A DNA stretch of 64,000 nt, from the NCBI GenBank assembly GCA_051530055.1, contig CM121343.1, positions 6,418,389-6,482,388 of the forward strand, read 5' to 3'. The notes beneath the pieces were generated by a model. It was not told the origin of the DNA. It made no database searches and saw only the letters and a list, made by a program, of their open reading frames with translations. Within the stretch, counting starts at the first letter, position 1, and each line of letters starts with the position of its first letter. A program made the translations under genes and the position numbers. This DNA comes from Neoechinorhynchus agilis. Its lineage: Eukaryota > Animalia > Acanthocephala. Below, piece by piece: positions 47,761-58,251 of this stretch.

Positions 47761-49000
47761 CACAACCACAATAAGTGAACTGTTGTAAAGAAGTTGTTCA
47801 TTGATAGATTTTGTTTGGTGATTGAGAAAATAAAAATTAATTTTATAAATTCAATATTTCTCAAGCTCCCGACGAGACGGATCAAATATTATGTGAAAGG
47901 AAATTAATAAATTAATCTCTATTTTCTCAATCACGAAACAAAAATAAACTTTCATTAACTGTTCATTCTCCTCGAGTAAAGGATGCTCCAACACTTGACA
48001 CATAAACCGTTGGACTTTAGTCGTAAAATTAATTCCACTCACTTTTCTATATAAATTTTATGAAAATATCCTTTGTTTTTGTGGGAAAATGCCAAACTGA
48101 CTTTGTCAAAAATACCGATTTAATTCCAGAGTCCGCTGCAGGTTTACTTTTCCGCGATACATTGTACCAAAGTATTAAATGGCCGTTATTCTTCTAAAAA
48201 ATTACTAGAAAACAATCGCTATGCTCGAACATTTATGGAAAATATTTCAATAAAGTCGAATTGGCCTTATCGATTTCGGTATTCTGACAATCGTTTTGGC
48301 ATCTTTGTGCAACAATTAAAACGCCGATTGTTTATGGCCGCCAGTGTTGTTTAGCAGAACTTTTAAATGGTTTTTAGCTTCCTTTGCGATGGATTGGCAA
48401 CAAGATTCCACCGCGCTGGATTGAATTTCTAATGTTTAATGCTATTCGAAAATGGGTCGAAATACTTGGTTCCTCCTAGCAATTACGAGCCGGCATCACT
48501 TTTTTAGATCGCTAAAAAGATTAAAGTTTCGTTCATCAAAAGAGCGAACCATTCCGTGTCTTTTAACAACACCGGGGCTTCTGTTGTTTTTGAAATGGAT
48601 AAAACTTGGTACCTACCCGAGTTTAGCAATTAAAGTTGTAAGCGCCAAAAATAAGTCTTACCATTTTTTAAATATTAAATTCAATCAAATCGACGACTCT
48701 CTTGATGCGATTTAGTGCCTATTTTCAAGCTATATAAATGGATCGTCGTGGTGTTGGATGCTTCGGATCCGATTCTTCGTCCGAAGAGTTTTTTGGACTG
48801 GACGTTGGATTTTCCCCACAGGTGATGGGAGCCCTAAGCCCCTGCGCATGTTGCCGAGATCCGTCTACACGATCGATGGCGAAACTACAAGTTGAGACGG
48901 TGATAATGATTGACGGTTGCATTTCCCTACTTTAGCGTTTCCCGACACTATCAAATGGAACATGTTCATTCCTTATGCTAGAAACGGATAATTGTTTTAG

Positions 49001-50243
49001 ATGAGTGATCAGGGATTGGCACCACCTTCCACGCAATATTCCACTCGTCCTCTTTCAGCAATTGGTACAGCTTCAGCAGAGACAAAGTTGCTGAATATTG
49101 GTGGATTCATTGAGGATTGGAAGACTCGATTTAGGTTAAATTCGAAAATAAATATTAACGGGCGCGATGAGCCTGAGTTATTTGACAAGATTCATGGAGG
49201 TCGATGCATGAATCCTGTTAAGAAAGGCAATTTCTAGCAATAAACAAGCAGGATTTAGTGGGCCTTTCTTCGATTTGTTCGCCTTCTCGGTTAGTGAACG
49301 AACCAAGTTTAGCCAAGGCAACCACGCCTGAGGCTTTGAATCCAGGACGTACGATCACAGCTCAACACATGCAAGAGTGCTTTAGTACTGTGAAGCCGCA
49401 TTCCAACACTAATAGATCTTTAAACGAGAATTATGAAGATTTGGTGAAGAAACAAGGACTTACCGAGGTAAAAGAAATAAAAGCAGTGCTCACGTATAGC
49501 ATTCATTATCCATTGATTGAAAGGAGTCACTCGGACTTGAGTAACTCGGCCGATTATTTGATCCATAGCGACCTTACATTGTTTGACATCAGAAAAAGTC
49601 TGAGATGTATGCATGAATATAGAAGAGTCGGGGAACTATCAAATGATCCAAGTGCGTTACTGACTCTTCCGGAAAGTCGGCAGGTGTATCCGGGTAGTTA
49701 CATGTTTATCGAAGGCGTTTTCTATACGGAATCCTTTGAGTATTGTGTATGTTCGCCGATTGCCGATTTCCTCAGGAAAGCCGCCAATCAACCGAGTAGA
49801 TATCCCATCAAACCAATGAAGGACACGAAATTAGTGGATCTGTCCATTCATCTGGGTAATGAGTGATTGATCTAATTTAAGAAAAAGAAGATCAATCACT
49901 CTTTAGGCCATATTTGATCTGCCACCAAAATCAATGTGAGCATGTACTCGTGTTCATTGACGTCACAATTATGACAATGGATAGTTTAAAATCAGTGGAC
50001 CTTTATCCCATAATAATTTATCATGGACGAAATGCACCAAAGTACTGCTTTATGTGCCAAAAAATAATCGCCAAATGGATAATATTCCATTCGCCTTTCT
50101 TACCTAATGAAAAAGCGGCTCTGTGCCACAATTGCCTCATGAGTACTCATTATGATCATAAAAATAAGCCAAAAAAAGAATTGCTGGATGAACAGGACGG
50201 GAATCCTCGATTCAAACTATTTCATCTTGCTCAAAATGACTAG
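49001..50243 (+). CDS. SNAPC3: snRNA-activating protein complex subunit 3 (SNAP50), three exons
   Basis: SYMFIEGVFY..MKDTKLVDLSIHLG-NE|PYLICHQNQCEHVLVFIDV..YP..CFMC..LCHNCLMSTHY. Proposed introns: 35 nt (GTTAAG..AAGCAG) and 44 nt (49863-49906). Confidence 0.92.
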
Positions 50244-50649
50244 TTTTGCCGTGATAAAACTTTCTATGAACAATTTAAGTGTTGCATTTTTAGAACTTTT
50301 CTATCATCCACAATGAACAAAATGAGCGTCAGTCCTCGTCATTTTAATGAACATTTTCGCTTAAATACGGGCTCGTTGCTCTTTTCTTTAACCTGTTTGG
50401 TTCAATCGTCAAATCCTCAACATCATCCAATGGAGTTTTCTTTAGACATTTCCTCACCATTATCGATTTTCGCCTAGGACTTTGTGTTATCTCCCGTCAC
50501 GTGTTCTATATAGCCAACTCCAACAGATTTAGATTCTAGGTCACAGCTTGTTCGATATCAAAAACCAACGAAGTCTTTGGGATTTCTCTTCTCCGTTTGA
50601 TTCCGCCATTTAAAACGCGAGTTCTTATTTTAGATTTGTTTTATTATAC

Positions 50650-52056
50650 ATGAGCAATCGTAGATATCCAGTCGTTGACCTCAGTGATTTGAACAGCGAT
50701 TCAAGTGATGAAGAAGTCATATCGGCAACCAATAAAAGGATTCAGAACCACAGACGATATGAAATTGAACATATTCCAAGTAAATTGGAGCGTAGCTGTC
50801 ATGAGGACACAGGGTTCAAGGTTTCAACTAAAGACGGAATTGAACAGTCTCTTCGAAGCCATAAAGACAATGATTCAAATTTAGTGGAAGCATTACATTT
50901 TCAGCTAAGTGAGCATCCATTAGAACCCAACGTTTTTAATGTTCAAAACCGACGGGCTATATCGGTAGAGGCGGATCTATCACTTTCCCTTGACAATTCA
51001 AATTTAAGTATTAATACCAGTTATTCGAATCCAGAAAAAAAGACAAAATCGAATAAGCGAAAAGTGATGATAGAGTCATCCGATTCTGATCGTGACAGTG
51101 ACTCTTCTAAGTCGAAATTTTCAGAGCCAGAAACTGAATTATGCTTCTCCGTGTCTCATAGTGATACTAAGATCTCAAGGGAATGGAACTCAAATTTTAG
51201 AAGATTGTCATTAAGTTCTAACCTTCAAGAAGACAGCTTCATCGTTGAAGATTCTTCTTTTCGTCGAAATGAAATATTTCCGGAAAGTGTTAAGCGGAAC
51301 TCATCACCTACCTCTCATCCTTCGCAATGTGAATATCTTGACTTGATAACATCACTTAACGCAGAAATCGATGGAAATTGCAAGCGGCATACGAATGCGG
51401 TATACATTTTAAGCCACTTCCCAGGAAATTGGAAATTGGCTGCAAAGTTTATCTACGAAGATGCCAATATTCATGTATTTCGAGGACAGCTTCCCTCTGA
51501 CATTGAAATAAAATGGAATAAACGCCTCACGATGACAGCAGGGAGGTTTATATGGAGAAAACCAAAATCTGACAATCAATTTACGAAATGTTTCATTGAA
51601 ATGTCTTCTAAGCTAAACAATACTGTCCAACGATTCAGAGACACTTTATTGCATGAGATGTGCCACGTCGCGAATGTAATGATTGATAATTTAACTAATG
51701 AGAATCATGGGAAGCATTGGAAGAAATGGACTAAAAAGGTCGCCAAGCAATATCCACAGATCCCTCCAATAAAAACGTTCCACGAATATGTAACCGATAA
51801 AAAGTATCGGTATAGATGCGTTGGATGCAATAAAGTCATCAGCGGACTTCATAAATTAAGAAATCTCCAAAGTTACCGGTGTGTTCGATGTCACGGACGT
51901 TTTGTTCGGGATACAAAAGTTGACACAAACAAAAAGGAATTAAACTCATTCGCTAAATTTGTGAAAGATAACTACGCAAATACCAAATCGAGATATGGAA
52001 AAAACTTCGGGGACACAATGAAAATGTTAAGTGTAGAGTATCGCAAAAACAAATGA
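50650..52056 (+). CDS. GCNA: GCNA/ACRC-type SprT-domain protein
   Basis: Acidic Ser-rich disordered N-terminus with a SIM-like PVVDL, SprT domain (WNKRLTMTAG..RFRDTLLHEMCH..HGKHWK), zinc motif YRCVGC..RCVRCHG and a C-terminal HMG-like FAKFVKDNY. Confidence 0.93.
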   Translation: MSNRRYPVVDLSDLNSDSSDEEVISATNKRIQNHRRYEIEHIPSKLERSCHEDTGFKVSTKDGIEQSLRSHKDNDSNLVEALHFQLSEHPLEPNVFNVQNRRAISVEADLSLSLDNSNLSINTSYSNPEKKTKSNKRKVMIESSDSDRDSDSSKSKFSEPETELCFSVSHSDTKISREWNSNFRRLSLSSNLQEDSFIVEDSSFRRNEIFPESVKRNSSPTSHPSQCEYLDLITSLNAEIDGNCKRHTNAVYILSHFPGNWKLAAKFIYEDANIHVFRGQLPSDIEIKWNKRLTMTAGRFIWRKPKSDNQFTKCFIEMSSKLNNTVQRFRDTLLHEMCHVANVMIDNLTNENHGKHWKKWTKKVAKQYPQIPPIKTFHEYVTDKKYRYRCVGCNKVISGLHKLRNLQSYRCVRCHGRFVRDTKVDTNKKELNSFAKFVKDNYANTKSRYGKNFGDTMKMLSVEYRKNK

Positions 52057-52217
52057 ATGGCTTAAAGAATGTCTACGATTAAAATAAATTGTCGAAATGA
52101 AGTTGTGGTGTTGTTCGAGTGAAGACAGTGAAGCTTCTGTAAGTCGACAATTTATCCATAGGCAAGTATCAAAAATGGCCGCAACGTAACCAAAACATCA
52201 TTCTCTTAAGCATTTTA

Positions 52218-55200
52218 CCACACGTTGAAGATTCAGATAAGGTTAATCATCTAGAGAAAATCCTTCGGAATGAAAGATTTGTGCCGATCGCAATCCCTTT
52301 TACGGGTATAAAACTTTAAATTGGCAAAGAAGTCGCCATAAAAAGATTTTATTTGAATTGTACGGATCGGGTGGCTTGCGTCCCCCTTCCTCGCGAAAAA
52401 TACCGAAAGATTGAACGATGATAAATTAAACTAATGATTTAGTAAACGCAAAGATTTGTTCGTTAAAAAGGATCGGGTTTTTTCGGTCACTTTAAAAATC
52501 ATTACTCGGAAGCGAGATTTGTGAATTTATTCGGTTCAATCGCTATCGAGAATTTCACTATAGTCGATATCCCACACGTTGAAGATTTAGATAAAGTTAA
52601 TCATCTGGAGAAAATCCTTCGGAATGAAAGATTTGTGCCGATCGCAATCCCTTTTCCGGATAGAAAACTTTAAATTGGCAAAGAAGTCGCCATAAAAAGA
52701 TTTTATTTGAATTCTACGGATCGGGTGGCTTACGTCCCCCTTCCTCGCGAAAAATACCGAAAGATTGAACGATGATAAATTAAACTAATGATTTAGTCAA
52801 CGCAAAGATTTGTTCGTTAAAAAAGATTGGGTTTTTTTGGTCACTTTAAAAAATCATTACTCGGCAGCGAGATTTGTGAATTTATTCGGTTCAATCGTTA
52901 TCTAGAATTTCACTAAAGTCGATATTTTCCATTCGATATCCCGTTGAAGATTCAGATAAAGTTAATCATCTAGAGAAAATCCTTCGGAATGAAAGATTTG
53001 TGCTGATCACAATCCCTTTTACGGGTATAAAACTTTAAATTGGCAAAGAAGTCGCCATAAAAAGATTTTATTTGAATTCTACGGATCGGGTGGCTTGCGT
53101 CTTCTTCCCTCGCGAAAAATACCGAAAAATTGAACGATGATAAATTAAACTAATGATTAGTAACGCAAAGATTTGTTCGTTAAAAAGATGGTTTTTTTCA
53201 CTTTAACAACCACAAAATTCGTTCAACATCAGAATTTCAAAAAAAAAAATCCTCGATGAAGATTTGTGCTGATCCAATCCTTTCGATAAAACTTTAAATT
53301 GGCAAACATAAAAGTTTATTTGAATTCGGATCGTGGCCTCTCGCGAAAATACCGAAAAATTGAACGATGATAAATTACAATGATTTAGTCAACGCAAAGA
53401 TTTGTTCGTTAAAAAGGATCGGGTTTTTTCGGTCACTTTAAAAATCATTACTCGGAAGCGAGATTTGTGAATTTATTCGGTTCAATCGCTATCGAGAATT
53501 TCACTATAGTCGATATCCCACACGTTGAAGATTCAGATAAAGTTAATCATCTGGAGAAAATCCTTCGGAATGAAAGATTTGTGCTGATCGCAATCCCTTT
53601 TCCGGATATAAAACTTTAAATTGGCAAAGAAGTCGCCATAAAAAGATTTTATTTGAATTCTACGGATCGGGTGGCTTGCGTCCCCCTTCCTCGCGAAAAA
53701 TACCGAAAAATTGAACGATGATAAATTAAACTAATGATTTAGTCAACGCAAAGATTTGTTCGTTAAAAAAGATTCGGGTTTTTTCGGTCACTTTAAAAAT
53801 CATTACTCGGAAGCGAGATTTGTGAATTTATTCGGTTCAATCGCTATCGAGAATTTCACTATAGTGATATCGATATCCCACACGTTGAAGATTCAGATAA
53901 AGTTAATCATCTGGAGAAAATCCTTCGGAATGAAAGATTTGTGCTGATCGCAATCCCTTTTCCGGGTATAAAACTTTAAATTGGCAAAGTCGCCATAAAA
54001 AGATTTTATTTGAATTCTACGGATCGGGTGGCTTGCGTCTCCTTCCCTCGCGAAAAATACCGAAAAATTGAACGATGATAAATTAAACTAATGATTTAGT
54101 CAACGCAAAGATTTGTTCGTTAAAAAGGATCGGGTTTTTTCGGTCACTTTAAAAATCATTACTCGGAAGCGAGATTTGTGAATTTATTCGGTTCAATCGT
54201 TATCGAGAATTTCACTAAAGTCGATATTTTCCATTCGATATCCCACACGTTGAAGATTCGATAAAGTTAATCATCTGGAAAATCCTTCGGAATGAAAGAT
54301 TTGTGCTGATCACAATCCCTTTTCCGGGTATAAAACTTTAAATTGGCAAGTCCCATAAAAAGATTTTATTTGAATTCTACGGATCGGGTGGCTTGCGTCC
54401 CCCTTCCTCGCGAAAAATACCGAAAAATTGAACGATGATAAATTAAACTAATGATTTAGTCAACGCAAAGATTTGTTCGTTAAAAAGGATCGGGTTTTTT
54501 TGGTCACTTTAAAAATCATTACTCGGAAGCGAGATTTGTGAATTTATTCGGTTCAATCGTTATCGAGAATTTCACTAAAGTCGATATTTTCCATTCGATA
54601 TCCCACACGTTGAAGATTCAGATAAAGTTAATCATCAAGAAAATCCTTCGGAATGAAAGATTTGTGCTGATCACAATCCCTTTTACGGGTATAAAACTTT
54701 AAATTGGCAAAGTCGCCATAAAAAGATTTTATTTGAATTCAACGGATCGGGTGGCTTGCGTCTTCTTCCCTCGCGAAAAATACCGAAAAATTGAACGATG
54801 ATAAATTAAACTAATGATTTAGTCAACGCAAAGATTTGTTCGTTAAAAAGGATCGGGTTTTTTCGGTCACTTTAAAAATCATTACTCGGAAGCGAGATTT
54901 GTGAATTTATTCGGTTCAATCGCTATCGAGAATTTCACTATAGTCGATATCCCACACGTTGAAGATTTAGATAAAGTTAATCATCTGGAGAAAATCCTTC
55001 GGAATGAAAGATTTGTGCCGATCACAATCCCTTTTCCGGATAGAAAACTTTAAATTGGCAAAGAAGTCGCCATAAAAAGATTTTATTTGAATTCTACGGA
55101 TCGGGTGGCTTACGTCCCCCTTCCTCGCGAAAAATACCGAAAGATTGAACGATGATAAATTAAACTAATGATTTAGTCAACACAAAGATTTGTTCGTTAA

Positions 55201-55340
55201 AAAAGATTGGGTTTTTTTGGTCACTTTAAAAAATCATTACTCGGCAGCGAGATTTGTGAATTTATTCGGTTCAATCGTTATCTAGAATTTCACTATAGTC
55301 GATATTTTCCATTCGATATCCCACACGTTGAAGATTCAGT
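52218..55340. repeat. Tandem array of ~350-369-bp units (~8.7 copies) between the convergent GCNA and NDUFB6 3' ends
   Basis: CCACACGTTGAAG recurs at about 52218, 52572, 53518, 53878, 54243, 54603, 54952 and 55321. The copy at ~53150-53400 is deletion-rich. Confidence 0.95.
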
Positions 55341-55553
55341 CAAGGCGATCGATGAATTTTATTGTGAAGATAAAGTTTTGGTTACTGGGACCAATGTGTT
55401 ATTTGGACCAAAACGATTGGTCTGAGTAACCCCAGAATCGACTATATTTATAAGAAGCGCGTGATCTAAAGGTTTAATAAATTCAGAATTAATCCGAATC
55501 AATGCAAAAAGTGTTTTCGCGCGGACTAATAATCACCACACCTTCAATCCAAT

Positions 55554-56232
55554 CTAGTAAGCGTATTCCGATCCAGTGAAGACTTTTCTTTTTGTAAATC
55601 CAAGATCATTGTATTCATGGGGTTCCATCGCAATTTCTTCCTATTTGCCACTCAAAAACAAAAATGGTCACCGTATACTCACTTGGGATGATTGTCTGTC
55701 CGTGTACCTTCCATAGTGAATGGTATGGAGATTTTCCCAGTCCTAAATAAATCGCTTATAGGAGAAAGAAGAACCACAATACTGACATTTGAGTGATAGA
55801 GAACAGCATAAGTTAAACCCAGAAGAGAAACGTAAGCACCGATAGCCTTGGGAAGGACTCGTCGGCCAACTCCGGTATATGGACCCTAAAGTAAATGAGG
55901 AATGAAGTATTTATGAACAAAGCACCAACTAAAAACTTAATAGCGACTTTTCCAAAGAACCAATCGAATGGAGTCCGAATAAATCGCCGGATTGGATTGT
56001 AGATCAATTTCCTCAACTCAGGACTAACTCTGATCTCTTCATCTTTTAACCGCAATTCTTTTAAATAACGTTTACGCCTAGCACGATCCATATCACTCAT
56101 TTTAAATGGAATTCTCTTCGGTTCATTTGGAAACGGTTCAATGTTGAACGGTTGTTCCCAAATAGGATTATAAATGTTCTCATTGGCATCACGCGTCCAC
56201 AAACGTCTCGCTGTCTTATCTACTTTTGGCAT
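55554..56232 (-). CDS. NDUFB6: NADH:ubiquinone oxidoreductase subunit B6 (B17), four exons
   Basis: MSDMDRARRKRYLKELRL..PELRKLIYNPIRRFIRTPFDWFF matches the invertebrate B17 pattern. Three ~40-44-nt introns give a TM helix, YHSN|DW and HEYNDLGF. Confidence 0.85.
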
Positions 56233-56600
56233 TTTCTGAAAAAAAAGGAATTAGTAAAAATACAAAATAGCAGGAATGATAAGGACGCAAATTATCGGAT
56301 TTATTTTTTAACATATAAAACAATCAATCGTGTGAATTCAGCGGACAATAGCAAGATCTCGCTTAATGCATTTGCTCATTTCCTTTAATAATTGTCAATA
56401 TCGAATTCTGGAAGTGCTCGTGTGTCTTTAGAAAAGAAATTTCACAATTTTCCGCAATGGAACAACTAATTTTGGAATGAAAAGCTATAACTTTTATGGA
56501 TTTTCTATAACCTAAACATGATTTGTTCACCTGTTCTTATAAAAATATTAGAATATAAATGCCAAGTCCGTCACTTTTGAAGTACTTTTATTTGGTACAA

Positions 56601-57113
56601 TCAAACCTGACGAGTAGTAGTAGTAGTAGTTGTTGTTGTTGTTGTTGTATTGCACATGGTTGAGGTGATCGCCTTCCGTGCTGATTTGTATTCAGCCTCC
56701 ATCACTTTAAGGCGATTTTTAAGTTCGCCTAACCAATTCGGATCGATAATTGGTTTTTCTGAGACGCATTTGCTTTTCAATGCTTGTTTCATATCTAAAG
56801 TCTTCTTGAGGTCATCCTCTGGATCGAGTCCACAATTCAAGCAGGATACCATTCTTGGGACACTGAAATCTTCGAATCCCGGCAACTGATCGCGCATTCG
56901 TGGTTCGTTGTCGAAATATTTTTCGTCTTTAACCAGATCCATTATTCGATTATCCCACATTCGTTGAATCAATTCATTTGAATCGGATGCGTTGGACGAT
57001 GATATATCAATTAAAGGTCGACGTCTTTGAAACTTGGCAATATCATCAGAGTACGCGATTGCTGGAGAATATAGACGATTTGGAAAGGGTTTTAGTTTAG
57101 GATGTTCCGCCAT
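56601..57113 (-). CDS. Unknown protein with a C-terminal poly-Thr tract
   Basis: About 170 open codons from the ATG at 57113, preceded by TTTTTATAG. An (ACA)n(ACT)n microsatellite encodes the Thr run. Confidence 0.5.
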   Translation of the reverse strand: MAEHPKLKPFPNRLYSPAIAYSDDIAKFQRRRPLIDISSSNASDSNELIQRMWDNRIMDLVKDEKYFDNEPRMRDQLPGFEDFSVPRMVSCLNCGLDPEDDLKKTLDMKQALKSKCVSEKPIIDPNWLGELKNRLKVMEAEYKSARKAITSTMCNTTTTTTTTTTTTRQV

Positions 57114-57854
57114 TCTATAAAAACACAAGTTTCCATGGATTAATAAGAATCAGGCAAAAAAAGAAGGAATTTTAATCAACATTGCAATTTAATCTTTCTG
57201 CTTTAAGACTAATTTTTAAAGCATTCAAAGAAATCATCAAATTCATGTATCTAATTGCTCAGAATATTAACGATTGCAGAAGACGAAATTTCACAAAAAA
57301 TCATATCTGACGAAACAAAAAAATTTAATTAATATTCGGACTATGTGATCAAATGAGTGAACAAAAAGTAAACATTTTAAACAGCAAATCACTAGATTTA
57401 CGAAATATAATTTTAAAAATTTTCGGCGAAAAATCAAACACCATCTCGGACCTCGATAAAATCTCAATCAAAAAAACCAAGAAATTATTCAAAAAAAAGT
57501 CGATTATCAGTTGTATTTTGACAATTTGATTTTTCTCGTTGATCATCGTACGGCTTTTTGTCATTAAAATTGGCTTTAAAAATAACAGAATGCTAAATTC
57601 GATTATCCCCATCAATCAAAGTTAGAGGAAATATTGATAAGCGCGATTTCGAACAAATAATCATCACAAACTTAGATTGCGATTATTTCTCAACAAAAAG
57701 TTTCTTCTGAGACTTTTGTGAACCATTTCGAAGTGTTGGGGTCCGAAATAGAAATATTTTCGATTTAACTGAGGGATATTTCCCGAGAAAGCAGCGCCTC
57801 AACAGTCATTGTCAGCAAATGAAAGAAAGTTTAGAAAATTGAGCATGTCGGCCC

Positions 57855-57939
57855 CCGGATGGTGAAATATTTTATTAAGCCATTTTAAAGGTTTTTGTTA
57901 TTTTATATTCGAGGCTTAATAAAATATTTCACGATCCGG
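57855..57939. repeat. Short foldback with 27-bp arms
   Basis: CCGGATGGTGAAATATTTTATTAAGCC / GGCTTAATAAAATATTTCACGATCCGG (one mismatch). Confidence 0.8.
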
Positions 57940-58251
57940 ATGAGAATTACGATCACGTTTTGTGAAATCAACAAAACGTATCATTCTGTTTGAAGGGATT
58001 GAACTGTTCATAAAGTGGTTGTTTTCCGGCTAAGAAATTAAAATGATATTTTGTACGTGATCAAAGTTGTTAAACTCGTACAACAAAAACCTTAAAGTAA
58101 AATCATTTTAATTTCCATCATCGATAATGAAATTCCGCGTGATCTTCCGTATCGAGCCAATCACATGTTTCTTCCGTAGAAGAAAATAAGGTACGGCGTT
58201 CGAGGCTTATGACCAACAATTTTTTATGTTTAATTTTAAACTCTGAATAAG

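Noticed and set aside
48725-48935. Overlapping 65-aa ORFs upstream of SNAPC3
   Set aside because: Short, no recognisable domain, and no supported splice partners.
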